A stretch of 59,566 nucleotides of DNA, filler included. It is 5 parts of 5 records of this genome, joined end to end, with 100 filler letters (N's around TTAATTAATTAA, not from the genome) between each part and the next. Parts side by side here need not be neighbours in the genome. Positions count along the whole stretch, not along the records: positions 25,272 to 36,606 come from SRR2962707_2621; positions 36,707 to 53,737 come from SRR2962707_2625; 3 more parts are not named here. The stretch is one strand, 5' to 3'. The first letter of the stretch is position 1; each line of letters opens with the position of its first letter. The translations under genes and the position numbers were made by a program. Below, one piece after another: positions 29,652 to 39,918 of this stretch. The notes beneath the pieces were generated by a model, which was not told where the DNA came from, did no database searches, and saw only the letters and a program-made list of their open reading frames with translations.

Positions 29652-31928
29652 TTACTTCGACGTTGCGATGAAGACACCGTCCCAGTCGGGCGCCGGCGGA
29701 TTGACGCGGTATTCGGCAATTCGTTCATCATAAAGATCACACAGCACGTGCAGGTTGGCTTCGAGCTTCCATGGCTTCTTCGCATCGCTGCCGAGATCGC
29801 GGATTTCGTCGAACATTTCCTGCGCATCATCCCATTGCTGCGCGCGATACATTTCCTGCGCATCGAAGATCAGGTTCTGAAGTTTCTTGAACGCGGGATC
29901 GGCAAGAACTTCCTCGTCGCCCATCAGTCCGTAAATGTAGGTCCCTTCGGTCTTGCCCTTCACCTGAATGAAATCAAGATCGATAGTCGCCAACCGGTCC
30001 TTGACCGCATTTCGCGTCGTCGGGCCAAGAACCACATTCATGCCATAGCTTTTCGACTGGCCTTCAAGGCGCGCGGCTAGGTTCACCGCATCACCCAGCA
30101 CGGAATAGTCAAAGCGCATGTCGGATCCCATGTTGCCGACAACGCAAGGACCGGTGTTGAGACCGAGCCCGACCTTCAGCGGGATATGCTTGCGGCCCTC
30201 TTCCTCAGCTTCTTTTTCAAGACGTGCGTTGAGCGGTTCCATTTCAGCAAGCATGGCCAGGGCCGAGGTACAGCCGTTGTATTCCTGGTCGTCATCATCC
30301 AGCGGCGCATTCCAGAACGCCATGATGCAATCACCCATGTACTTGTCGATGGTACCTTTACGCTCAAGGATCACGTTGGTCAGCGGAGTCAGAAGCTTGT
30401 TGATCAGCGCAGTCAGACCAACAGCGTCAAACTGCTCGGAGATCGTCGTAAAGCCGCGCACGTCGCAGAACAGCAACGTCATTTTACGCTGGTCGCCACC
30501 AAGCTTCAGTGCGCCCGGATCACCGGCAACGCGCTTCACCATATCCGGCGACAGGTATTTAGAGAACGCATCCCGGGTCTGTCGGCGTTCGGCTTCCTCG
30601 CGTGCATAGCCTGCATACGTCATCGACGTATACATCACGGCGATGCCGATCACGGCATACGTGGCATCAAGCAAAAACAGTTTTTCCGAGAACAGATACC
30701 ATGACGTGCCAAGCGACCCGCCGGCCACGAGCAGAAATAGCACGGCGGTCCATTTTGCGCCGACCCAAGGCACAAGAATGATCATGATGATGCCGCCCAC
30801 TAGCAAGATCGAGAGCTCGGCAACGTCCGCATAGTTCGGCCGAACCAGATACTTGCCGTGAATGATGGCTTCGATCAGCTGGGCATGCACCTCCACCCCC
30901 GGAATATCCCGTTCCGTGGGGATCGAGCGAATATCTCGAAGACCCACAGCAGAGGTCCCCAGGATGGTCAATTTGCCTTTGATCTTTGCTGGATCAGCCG
31001 TGCCGTTCAGCACCTGATACGCGGGCACGTATTTATCCCAGTCACGCTTGGAAAAGTATGGCCATATCTGACCGATCCGGTCGGTCGTGACAGTCAAGCC
31101 TTTGGCAACCGCGGCACCAACCATACCGGCATCGTTCACACTTGCCAGAACCGTCTGGCGTGCGGTGGCGATCCGTAACATCTCGATGGCGAGCGACGGG
31201 AAATATTCCCCGTCATGACCAAAGAAAGCCGGCACGTTCCGCACGATCCCGTCCTTGCCGGGAACGACCGAGAATATGCCGTGTCCGCCGAAGCGGCCAA
31301 TCGCCGCCTGCTCGATGACCGGCACGTTGCGCACGAGTGACGGGAACTTCGGAATATAGGTGTATGGGTCCTGTGCATTCTTGGACAGTTTTCGCACGGC
31401 GACCGATTTCTTCACCGGGGGCCCTTTGACGCCTTCGGTCTCGCTTGGCCGCCCGGCTTGTCCCAGCACTACTCGTGAAGTACGAATCACATCGGCAAAA
31501 ATCTGGTCATTGCTTTTGAGTGAGACCAGTTTGGCCTTCGTTTCATCATCAAGCCCCTGCAATGTCGACGCAACACTGGCCGGATTCATCCTGTCAGGCT
31601 CGGCAAACACGATGTCGAATGCGACCAGTACGGCCCCCATCTGCATCAGGTTCTGAACCATCTGCGCCAATATGTTGCGTGGCCAAGGCCACTGGCCGAT
31701 CGTCTCCAGACTTTGTTCGTCCAGATCGATGATGGTGACCGGTTTGTCTTTGGGTGCCGGGATTTCGCGGGGCTTAAGCTCTTGATAAACATCAAAAACC
31801 TTGTTCCGCCAAAAATCAAGAAAGCCGGCGTTGGTTTTGACGTCTACGTAATACAAACCGAGGAATGAGACCAAAAGGATCATCCCCAGCGAACGCTCGA
31901 AACTGAAAATGGATTTAAGAATCCGCAA
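29652..31928 (-). CDS. CHASE2-domain class III adenylate cyclase
   Basis: GQWPWPR, FDIVFAEPD, PGVEVHAQ, three TMs, FCDVRGFT, DKYMGD (Lys, ATP-specific), DYSVLGDAVNLAARLE. Confidence 0.93.
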   Translation of the reverse strand: MRILKSIFSFERSLGMILLVSFLGLYYVDVKTNAGFLDFWRNKVFDVYQELKPREIPAPKDKPVTIIDLDEQSLETIGQWPWPRNILAQMVQNLMQMGAVLVAFDIVFAEPDRMNPASVASTLQGLDDETKAKLVSLKSNDQIFADVIRTSRVVLGQAGRPSETEGVKGPPVKKSVAVRKLSKNAQDPYTYIPKFPSLVRNVPVIEQAAIGRFGGHGIFSVVPGKDGIVRNVPAFFGHDGEYFPSLAIEMLRIATARQTVLASVNDAGMVGAAVAKGLTVTTDRIGQIWPYFSKRDWDKYVPAYQVLNGTADPAKIKGKLTILGTSAVGLRDIRSIPTERDIPGVEVHAQLIEAIIHGKYLVRPNYADVAELSILLVGGIIMIILVPWVGAKWTAVLFLLVAGGSLGTSWYLFSEKLFLLDATYAVIGIAVMYTSMTYAGYAREEAERRQTRDAFSKYLSPDMVKRVAGDPGALKLGGDQRKMTLLFCDVRGFTTISEQFDAVGLTALINKLLTPLTNVILERKGTIDKYMGDCIMAFWNAPLDDDDQEYNGCTSALAMLAEMEPLNARLEKEAEEEGRKHIPLKVGLGLNTGPCVVGNMGSDMRFDYSVLGDAVNLAARLEGQSKSYGMNVVLGPTTRNAVKDRLATIDLDFIQVKGKTEGTYIYGLMGDEEVLADPAFKKLQNLIFDAQEMYRAQQWDDAQEMFDEIRDLGSDAKKPWKLEANLHVLCDLYDERIAEYRVNPPAPDWDGVFIATSK

Positions 31929-32093
31929 AGGAACCGCTCTCCCACCCCAAGCCGTCCTGTGTCCGGCGGGTTCAGTCTACACATTTTACGTCATGGGGGG
32001 TCAAGCGTCTTTCGACAATCTCACTGTTTGTATGCTAAAAGTTTGAAAAAACATATGGTATCGTGCACGACGACACATGATCAGGGACCGTGA

Positions 32094-34316
32094 ATGAGTG
32101 AAAATGCCAAGCGTGCGTGGCTGAAGCCCATACTGAAGCAACTGATGCCGATCTTTCGCGAAGTATTCGTGATGTCGGCATTCGTGAATCTGATGGCGCT
32201 TGCAACCCCGGTATTCACCATGCAGGTCTACGACCGCGTGGTCGGAACCGGTGGTCTCAGCACGCTCTGGGGTCTGATCATCGGTATGGCACTCGTGGTC
32301 TTGTTCGACCTCTCTCTGAAACAGGCCCGCTCCAGAATCATGCAAACCGTGGCACTGCGCGTTGACGTCATTGTCGGCCGGTACCTGTTCGACAAACTGA
32401 TGAGCTTGCCGCTGCATCTGCTCGAAGCCAAACCCGCAAGTTATTGGCAAGCCCTGTTCCGTGATGTCGATACCATCCGAAACACACTGTCCGGTGCGTC
32501 TGCGATCCTGCTCTGCGACCTGCCATTTGTGGTGATGTTCATTGTCCTGATATCCGTTATTGCGACGCCGATCGCCTGGGTCCTGCTGATTATCCTGCCG
32601 TTATTCATGTTCGTTGCCTGGCGGTCCAGCGGTGTGATGGCACAGGCAAATGCCGCCGAACGCGAAAGCACGCAGGGCCGGGATGCTTTGATTGCTGAGC
32701 TGATTCAAGGGCGGACCACGATCAAGGCGCTCGCTCTGGACCGTTCGATGCGCCCGCTGTGGGAAGAAACACACGCCAACAACATCGCCCAGTCGATGTA
32801 CCGCGGCAGCAAGACCGACTTCTACACCAACTGTTCCCAGTCCCTGACCATGGCGACGACCATCTTCATGACCTCGGTCGGGGCTTATCAGATCGTCAAT
32901 CAGAACATGACCATGGGCTCGCTGATCGCCGCCAACATGTTGTCGGGCCGCATTCTTGGACCACTCAACCAATTGGTTGGCCAGTGGCGCGCCTACAACA
33001 GCTTCAAGCAGTCCGTGGACCGCCTCGGTGAAGTGTTCTCATCCGTTTCAGATCGCTCTGAAAGCGAAGTTCAGCTTGAAAAACCCCGTGGCGAAATTCA
33101 GGTTGAAAACCTGACGTTCGCTTATGCAGAGGGCAACAAGCCGGTCGTCGATTCCGTCACCGTTAACATTCATGCAGGTGGCGTGCATGCGCTGGTTGGC
33201 CGAAACGGGTCCGGCAAGACGACTTTGCTGAAAATGATTCAGGGGCTGTACACGCCGACCAACGGCCGGGTCCTGCTCGACGGCGCGGACATCGCCCAGT
33301 TCACGAGATCCGAGCTTGCGACATGGATGGGTTACGTTCCGCAGGAAACCGTCCTGTTTGCAGGGACTGTTCGCGATAACATCGTCCATCGCTTCCCGGA
33401 TGCCGACGATGACAAAATCATCGAGGCCGCGACACAGGCCGGTGTGCACCATTTTATTATCGATTTGCCGGATGGATACGCATCGGATATCGGTGAAGCC
33501 GGCCAGCGCCTTTCCGGCGGGCAAAGGCAACGCATCGCTATCGCCCGTGCCCTGCTTGGCGATCCGGCCGTTCTGCTTCTTGATGAACCTTCAGCCAGTC
33601 TCGATCGGCAGGCGGAACAGGAATTGCGCAAAACACTGGTTGAAATTGGCAAGACCCGAACCGTTGTGATCGTCACGCACAGCCCGATCCTGCTGGCGGC
33701 ATGTGACGATCTCGTTGCGCTCGACAAGGGCAAGGTTGCCCTTGCCGGACCTTCCAGGGAAATCCTGCCGAAACTGTTTGGCCAGCAACCGATGCCGAAG
33801 GGGGCCGGTCCTGCTCCGGCCGCTGCCCCCGACAGCGGGCAGCCGAAAGCGGCTCCGCCCCGCCTCAAGGGAACCGGTGACGGGGCAGCAAAGGCACCGG
33901 CACAGCGCGCGCCCTCTGCGCCGCAACAGCCGCCCCGCGTTCCTCCGGCCGCGGGCAAGCCCGCCATGCCGCCCAAGCCGGGCCCGGCCGCGCCTGCCCC
34001 AGCGCCTGCTCCTGCACAAGCCGGCGCCGCGCCAAAACCGGCACCGCCACCTGCCGCTGCCAATGCGGGGCCGCCAAAGCCGGGCGGCGCTGCCGAAGCT
34101 ATCGCCGAGCGGGCGGAAGCCAAGAGTGGCAGCCGTTCGACAGCCGATCCAAGCGTCCCCGCCAGCAACATGTTCAAGCTCGACGGCGATGCGAAACGGT
34201 TGCTAGATGACCCGTATGCGGATTTAATCAAGGGGTTCGATGCTAACAACAGTTCGAACCGCCCGACCTCAGCGGATAACGCCGGTCCCAAGGGGCAAAA
34301 GGCACAAGCAGATTGA
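32094..34316 (+). CDS. Type I secretion ABC permease/ATPase with Pro/Ala-rich C-terminal tail
   Basis: FTMQVYDRVV, GRNGSGKTT, LSGGQRQRIAIARA, LLDEP. Confidence 0.92.
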   Translation: MSENAKRAWLKPILKQLMPIFREVFVMSAFVNLMALATPVFTMQVYDRVVGTGGLSTLWGLIIGMALVVLFDLSLKQARSRIMQTVALRVDVIVGRYLFDKLMSLPLHLLEAKPASYWQALFRDVDTIRNTLSGASAILLCDLPFVVMFIVLISVIATPIAWVLLIILPLFMFVAWRSSGVMAQANAAERESTQGRDALIAELIQGRTTIKALALDRSMRPLWEETHANNIAQSMYRGSKTDFYTNCSQSLTMATTIFMTSVGAYQIVNQNMTMGSLIAANMLSGRILGPLNQLVGQWRAYNSFKQSVDRLGEVFSSVSDRSESEVQLEKPRGEIQVENLTFAYAEGNKPVVDSVTVNIHAGGVHALVGRNGSGKTTLLKMIQGLYTPTNGRVLLDGADIAQFTRSELATWMGYVPQETVLFAGTVRDNIVHRFPDADDDKIIEAATQAGVHHFIIDLPDGYASDIGEAGQRLSGGQRQRIAIARALLGDPAVLLLDEPSASLDRQAEQELRKTLVEIGKTRTVVIVTHSPILLAACDDLVALDKGKVALAGPSREILPKLFGQQPMPKGAGPAPAAAPDSGQPKAAPPRLKGTGDGAAKAPAQRAPSAPQQPPRVPPAAGKPAMPPKPGPAAPAPAPAPAQAGAAPKPAPPPAAANAGPPKPGGAAEAIAERAEAKSGSRSTADPSVPASNMFKLDGDAKRLLDDPYADLIKGFDANNSSNRPTSADNAGPKGQKAQAD

Positions 34317-34348
34317 GGGCCGTTTCAGGGCCCATGAGGAGTTGAGCG

Positions 34349-35725
34349 ATGAGTCCCGACGCATCAGGACCCGAACAACAGATACAGGATAAGCAGAAGG
34401 CGACACAGCCCGGGCCACCCAGTGGCCCGACAGCGTCCGACAAGCTGGACATGCTGCTGAATCAAAACCCTCTGCCGGGCTGGCGGCTTGTTGCCTGGCC
34501 CGTCATGATCCTTTTGACCGCTGGCCTGCTCTGGGCAAATTTCGCCACGCTTGACGAAGTTTCAATTGCCACCGGCGAAGTCGTTCCCGCCGGCCGGATC
34601 AAGGTCGTTCAGCACCTTGAAGGCGGTATCATTCAAGAAATCTATGTCACGGAAGGCGATACGGTTCGCGAAGGCCAGACCCTTGTGCAACTCGACCTTG
34701 CCTCCGCCGGCACCAACCGGGAAGAACTGCAGGTTCGCATCGACAGCGAACGCCTGGTCAAGGCCCGTCTGGAAGCAGAAGCGACTGGTGCGGAACTCGT
34801 ATTTCCCGAAGATGTTGCCAAGCGCAGGCCCGCCATTGTCGCAGCGCAGCGGCAAGCCTATGAAGCCCGCCGCCGCGAACTGTCATCGACCATTCAGGTC
34901 ATGCGCGAACAGGTTAAACAGCGCGAACTGGAAGTCGAGGAACTGACAGCCCGTTCCCGCGCGGTCGAGAGCAATTACAAGCTCGCCTCTGAACGGCTGA
35001 AAATGTCTAAGTCCCTGCTTGCGGAAGGCCTGACCGCAAAGATGGAACACCTTGAGCTCGAAGCCGAAGTCGAGAATCTTGATGGTGAAATGAAATCCCT
35101 GCGCCCCTCTCTGCCGAAGGTTCAAGCCGCAGTCGAAGAAGCCCGCCAGCGTCTGCAGGAAACGGAAAGCCGCTTCCGCCGTGAAGCACAGGATCAGCTC
35201 GGCAAGATCGAGGAAAACATCGCTCGTGTTACTGAATTGCTGAGCGATGCTACCGAACAGGGTATCCGCGCCGAAATCAAAAGCACCATCGACGGTGTCG
35301 TCAAGAACATGCGCTATAACGCCGTCGGCAACGTCGTCAAACCGGGCGAGCCGATCATGGAAATCGTTCCGACCGGTGATCAGCTGGTTGTCGAAGCAAA
35401 ACTGAACCCGATCGACCGCGGCTATGTGACCGAAGGCCAGGCGGCCACCGTGAAGATCTCGACATACGATTTTGCCCGATATGGGGGGCTTAAAGGTCAG
35501 GTCATCCGCGTTGCACCGGACAGCAGCACAGATGAGGACGGTGCGCCCTACTTCCGGGTTGTCGTACAGACAGACAAGAACTATCTGGGCCGGGCCGAGG
35601 GTGACTTGCCGATTACGCCGGGTATGCAGGCAACCGTCGATATTCACACCGGGGAAAAGTCGGTCATGGACTATCTGATCAAGCCCGTCCTGAAACTGCG
35701 CCACGAAGCCTTCCGCGAGCGTTGA
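34349..35725 (+). CDS. HlyD-family type I secretion adaptor
   Basis: Single TM, VQHLEGGII, coiled coil, YDFARYGGLKG, PGMQATVDIHTG, YLIKP..AFRER. Confidence 0.95.
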   Translation: MSPDASGPEQQIQDKQKATQPGPPSGPTASDKLDMLLNQNPLPGWRLVAWPVMILLTAGLLWANFATLDEVSIATGEVVPAGRIKVVQHLEGGIIQEIYVTEGDTVREGQTLVQLDLASAGTNREELQVRIDSERLVKARLEAEATGAELVFPEDVAKRRPAIVAAQRQAYEARRRELSSTIQVMREQVKQRELEVEELTARSRAVESNYKLASERLKMSKSLLAEGLTAKMEHLELEAEVENLDGEMKSLRPSLPKVQAAVEEARQRLQETESRFRREAQDQLGKIEENIARVTELLSDATEQGIRAEIKSTIDGVVKNMRYNAVGNVVKPGEPIMEIVPTGDQLVVEAKLNPIDRGYVTEGQAATVKISTYDFARYGGLKGQVIRVAPDSSTDEDGAPYFRVVVQTDKNYLGRAEGDLPITPGMQATVDIHTGEKSVMDYLIKPVLKLRHEAFRER

Positions 35726-35857
35726 TGCATTCAAATATGCGAACCTGAAGTTGCTGCTAATTATTTCTTAAACATAAGAGATTCTTTATAGTAGCTGGAT
35801 TCGCCGATTTCGGGTGTCGTCCGGTGATCGCGGGGAAACTGACTGAGAAGCGACTAG

Positions 35858-36606
35858 ATGTCTTTAACAACTATATTCGGTGTCATGGGTGCGCTTGGCC
35901 TGTTTCTGGGCGCCATTATCATCAGCACCGACAATTATATAATCTTCCTCAGTGGATCGAGCTTCATCATGGTCATGGGGGGGACACTCGCATCCACCTT
36001 CATTTCCTATGAACCTCGCTACGTTATCCTGTCGCTGAAACTGATCTGGCGTATCATCTTTTCGCCAAAGGTCGGTCGCAACGTCCTGAAAAGCGAAGTC
36101 GGACGTATCATCAAGTGGGCCTATACGGTTCAGAAAAGCGGCGTTCCGGCACTTGAAGCTGAAGCCATGAAGGCAACCAAAGGCGACAAGTTCCTGCGCT
36201 TTGGTGTCGAAATGGTAGTTTCCGGATATACCGGCGAAGAAGTCCGGGAAATCATGACCAACACCATCGAAACGACATATGGCCGGAACACGGTCCAGGT
36301 TTACATTCTCAAGGATATGGCATCCGCGGCACCGGCGTTCGGCATGATCGGCACCCTTGTCGGTCTGATCATCATGCTCGACAACATGGGCGGAGATCCC
36401 TCGTCACTCGGTAAGGGCCTTGCGGTTGCATTGCTGACAACGCTCTATGGCGTGCTGTTTGCCCGAATCTTCTTCCTGCCGACGGCAACGAAGGTCCTGC
36501 AACGCGAGCAGATTGTTAAATTCCGCAATTACCTTGTCGCCGAGGGTCTTGCCCTTCTGGCCGACAAGAAGTCGCCACGCTACATCCAGGACAAGATGAA
36601 CAGCTA
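35858..36606 (+). CDS. MotA/PomA-like ion-channel subunit (truncated)
   Basis: APAFGMIGTLVGLIIML, LAVALLTTLYG. Confidence 0.88.
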
Positions 36607-36706
36607 NNNNNNNNNNNNNNNNNNNNNNNNNNNNNNNNNNNNNNNNNNNNTTAATTAATTAANNNNNNNNNNNNNNNNNNNNNNNNNNNNNNNNNNNNNN
36701 NNNNNN
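36607..36706. other. Artificial contig linker
   Basis: N44-TTAATTAATTAA-N44. Confidence 0.99.
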
Positions 36707-36730
36707 GTTCGAGTCCGCCTACTGGTACCA
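36707..36730 (+). tRNA. 3' end of a tRNA (probably Leu), cut by contig start
   Basis: GTTCGAGTCC T-loop and GGTACCA end; anticodon not visible. Confidence 0.7.
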
Positions 36731-36737
36731 ACATAAG

Positions 36738-36771
36738 AAAGCTCCGTAGCAAATGCTTCGGGGCTTTTTTT
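36738..36771 (+). terminator. Intrinsic terminator after tRNA
   Basis: AAAGCTCCG..CGGGGCTTTTTTT. Confidence 0.8.
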
Positions 36772-36778
36772 ATGCCTG

Positions 36779-37216
36779 TTATTTATTCTCTTCAGACAAA
36801 TGCTCTAGCACGTAATCAGGCAAGTCCGCTTCATCAGGAATCGGTGTAGACAGGCCTTCTTCGTCGATCGCGACAAATTTAAAATTACCTTCTGTTACTT
36901 TTTCTCGCTGCCCAATACGACCTCGTCTCACCCATGCTTCAACACGAATATTCATAGAAGTACGGCCAACGGAATCCACATGCGTATAAATGCCTAGGAT
37001 ATCGCCCACTTTCACAGGGCGAATAAAGCTCATACCATCAAGCGCCACGGTCACCACTCTTGATTGCGCTCTTTGCCCCGCACAAATACCAGCGGCTATG
37101 TCCATTTGAGAGACGACCCAGCCACCAAAAATATCACCCGCTGGGTTCGTGTCACTCGGCATAGCGACTGTACGAGTTGTTAAGCGTCCCTTTACTTTTT
37201 CTTCAGTTGCCGACAT
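36779..37216 (-). CDS. yciA: Acyl-CoA thioesterase (YciA family)
   Basis: MPSDTNPAGDIFGGWVVSQMD. Confidence 0.88.
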   Translation of the reverse strand: MSATEEKVKGRLTTRTVAMPSDTNPAGDIFGGWVVSQMDIAAGICAGQRAQSRVVTVALDGMSFIRPVKVGDILGIYTHVDSVGRTSMNIRVEAWVRRGRIGQREKVTEGNFKFVAIDEEGLSTPIPDEADLPDYVLEHLSEENK

Positions 37217-37394
37217 ACAGCACCCCTTTAAAATAGATATAACAGATAAAAAAATGCCGTGCTTTCTTGCCCGCTTCTATTGGCTTGCTGATTAACCGCC
37301 ATTTTTAGCCTTGACTTGAAATACACAGCATATATAAAAATTATGAACACAAGGAGTCATGGAACCATGATCCAGTCCTCCGCGCGCCACACCG

Positions 37395-37652
37395 CTAAGA
37401 AAATTCGACTCGTAAATAATTGATTAACTTCTGAGGTGAACGAACATCTTGCAGAAACGATAACTTAAGATACGCTTCAATAGCATGAATATTCGAGTCC
37501 GTTAGCCACTCTCTTTCGTCGTAGAACGCTTGGATTAACGCCAATATTTCAAAGCCATTCTCTTTATCAATGTCTTCGTTCGCATTTTTTGGCTCAACAG
37601 GGTCCCACTGGTAGGTCCCTTTTAAATCACTGCGCTTAACTTGATAAACCAT
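37395..37652 (-). CDS. Small hypothetical protein (85 aa)
   Basis: GGGAG RBS, ATG start, plausible composition. Confidence 0.6.
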   Translation of the reverse strand: MVYQVKRSDLKGTYQWDPVEPKNANEDIDKENGFEILALIQAFYDEREWLTDSNIHAIEAYLKLSFLQDVRSPQKLINYLRVEFS

Positions 37653-38076
37653 TTATACCACTCCCTTTCCCAGGATCTTCCCCTAAGACTAGCCGTTATT
37701 TAAACGCTTACTCAGGGGATTCATTTATACAGGGAAAGACTATTAGAATTGGACAAAAAACTGTCATCTATAGGTGAAAATCAACCTAATGAACTCGTTA
37801 GTAAACTGAACACTACAGAATAGTAGAAAACACAAAGAAAGGAATAAGCCACACTCATCGTCACAAAACAGCAAGATCAATAAAAACTAATTCATTAATA
37901 TCAGTGAGTTACTGAAGGCTCCCCTTCTCGTTAAGCAGTTTGAAAACATGATATAGAGTTACACCAAAACAGCCAAGATAAAGCCGCAAATCATTACATA
38001 AAAAGCGCGACGACAGCACTTGGCGACGTCGCGTTGGGGATCATATCGGCATCAACGCCATGGGGGTCCGTAACAC

Positions 38077-38550
38077 TTACAACCCCATCTCACTTAATTC
38101 AGGGTGATCGAGCGGACGAGCGCCTAATGGCCAATGAAATTTTCGCTCACTTTCAGAAATAGGCAGGTCATTAATGCTGGCATGGCGCTCCTGCATGAGT
38201 CCCTGCTCATTAAACTGCCAATTTTCATTACCATAAGAGCGGAACCAATTGCCTTCATCGTCATGCCATTCATAGGCAAAGCGCACACTAATACGGTTGT
38301 TATCATAGGCCCACAACTCTTTTACCAAGCGGTAATCATGCTCTTTCTGCCACTTGCTTGTAAGCAGTTCTTGGATCTGCGCGCGACCTACAGGAAATAC
38401 ATCACGATTGCGCCAACGGCTATCTAGGGTATACGCCATAGACACCTTGACTGGGTCTTTTGTATTCCAAGCGTCTTCTGCCATACGTACTTTTTGCTTT
38501 GCTGTTTCTTCTGTAAAAGGCGGAAACGGAGCCTTAGCTTCTTCACTCAT
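38077..38550 (-). CDS. DUF1348 / SnoaL-like (NTF2) protein
   Basis: [38 protein letters not shown]; start reassigned to ATG 38550. Confidence 0.92.
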   Translation of the reverse strand: MSEEAKAPFPPFTEETAKQKVRMAEDAWNTKDPVKVSMAYTLDSRWRNRDVFPVGRAQIQELLTSKWQKEHDYRLVKELWAYDNNRISVRFAYEWHDDEGNWFRSYGNENWQFNEQGLMQERHASINDLPISESERKFHWPLGARPLDHPELSEMGL

Positions 38551-38566
38551 TGGTTCACTCCTAGAT

Positions 38567-38611
38567 AGTAGAACGACTTGTCTACATAGAGAATAGACAA
38601 GTCGTTCTACT
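38567..38611. promoter_or_regulatory. Double TetR-type operator (perfect 18-bp inverted repeat)
   Basis: AGTAGAACGACTTGTCTA-N9-TAGACAAGTCGTTCTACT; each arm is TAGA-N8-TCTA. Confidence 0.7.
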
Positions 38612-38691
38612 TTTGCAATGCGCAATTCCCCCCTTAAGCCCAAGCTCTCGCCTTATAGAGGCACAAAGAGAGAAACCATCAGCGCTACAGC

Positions 38692-39624
38692 CTAATACCC
38701 TCTCACTAGATCAATTTGGTTGTTCAATTCACCCTTGCTGACAAAGCTCAATACGTTGTCGGCGACTTGTTCGATGATGGTGGGTAGTGAAGCATCAGAA
38801 GCTAAATGCGGGGTGATTGTGACGCCTTTAGTGGTCCATAATGGGTCTGTGGCGGGTAAGGGTTCTTGGTTGAATACGTCCAATAAGGCGCCTCGTAGAT
38901 GACCGGCATCGATTGACTCGATTAAGTCTTCTTGGATCAAATGACCACCACGCCCTACGTTGATGATGTAACCACCCTCTGGCATTTTATTAAATAAGTC
39001 TTTGTTCAATATGCCTTTTGTCGCTGGGCTTAGTGGCAATAAGTTTACCAGTAGCTCAGTTTCTTTTAGCATTTCACCTAACCCTTCTGGACCATGGTAG
39101 CAGTGGATGCCGTTCAGAGTTTTAGGGCTACGTGACCAACCAGAAACACGATAGCCAAATTGCGCTAATCCGCGTGCGACAAACTGCCCTAGCTCTCCTA
39201 ATCCTAAGACACTGACGCGAATGTCGGACGCGGGACGCTGACGAAAGCCCTGCCATTTTGACTCGCTTTGGTTCGCGCTTATCTTGTCAAAGTTCCGCTG
39301 TACCGTGAGTGCGCCCCACAATACGTATTCCAGCATGCCTTGCTTTTGATGGTCATCCACCACTCGACAAACAGGCAAACCTGAGGTTAATAACCTTGCA
39401 CCCAAGTGGTCGACACCTGCCGCGACAGAATGCAGGCATTTTAAATTTGGGTAGCGGTTTAATAAGTCTGCTTCTGGGTGCCAGCAAAGGGCCATTTGCG
39501 CCTGCTCTGCACCGGCATCGCCAGCTACTAACACATTGATTTCTGGACGACGTTCTAAAAAAGCCGCTTTCAACCTAGCGGTGTATTTCTCATTGTTGGT
39601 TATTAATAAAAGGTCATTGCTCAT
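38692..39624 (-). CDS. ghrA: Glyoxylate/hydroxypyruvate reductase A-like 2-hydroxyacid dehydrogenase
   Basis: AGVDH, GLGELG, GWSRS, INVGRG, LDVF..EP, TPHLAS. Confidence 0.85.
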   Translation of the reverse strand: MSNDLLLITNNEKYTARLKAAFLERRPEINVLVAGDAGAEQAQMALCWHPEADLLNRYPNLKCLHSVAAGVDHLGARLLTSGLPVCRVVDDHQKQGMLEYVLWGALTVQRNFDKISANQSESKWQGFRQRPASDIRVSVLGLGELGQFVARGLAQFGYRVSGWSRSPKTLNGIHCYHGPEGLGEMLKETELLVNLLPLSPATKGILNKDLFNKMPEGGYIINVGRGGHLIQEDLIESIDAGHLRGALLDVFNQEPLPATDPLWTTKGVTITPHLASDASLPTIIEQVADNVLSFVSKGELNNQIDLVRGY

Positions 39625-39918
39625 AACGAATCTCGTACTGTGGATAGGCTGACTGTAATTTTCAGCCATCAGCCTGCCATATGAGCGAATACTTTTACAA
39701 ACCCTCTCCTATCGAAAGTGAAAAATACCTTATTCATCGACACTTTTTGAGCATTTAACAATGTTCCCAACTATTCACCCGCAGCGGGATGCATTACACT
39801 CTTCGCTAAGTATTAACAACGCCTTAAAGAGCTGTAAAATCCTGTTATAAACCTCAGGAAAGGCGAAAAAGCCCTCTAATCTCGACGATTCAAGACATAC
39901 CGTAAAGGACCCCATGCT

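Noticed and set aside
33332-34291. 319-aa antisense ORF and other long shadow ORFs (e.g. 4153-4980, 17485-18351, 22102-23091, 34883-35734)
   Set aside because: Antisense shadows of well-supported genes in GC-rich sequence, with no motifs
36707-36730. tRNA 3' fragment as attR of an integrated element
   Set aside because: It lies at the contig start, so simple truncation suffices; the following genes are housekeeping and no integrase is seen
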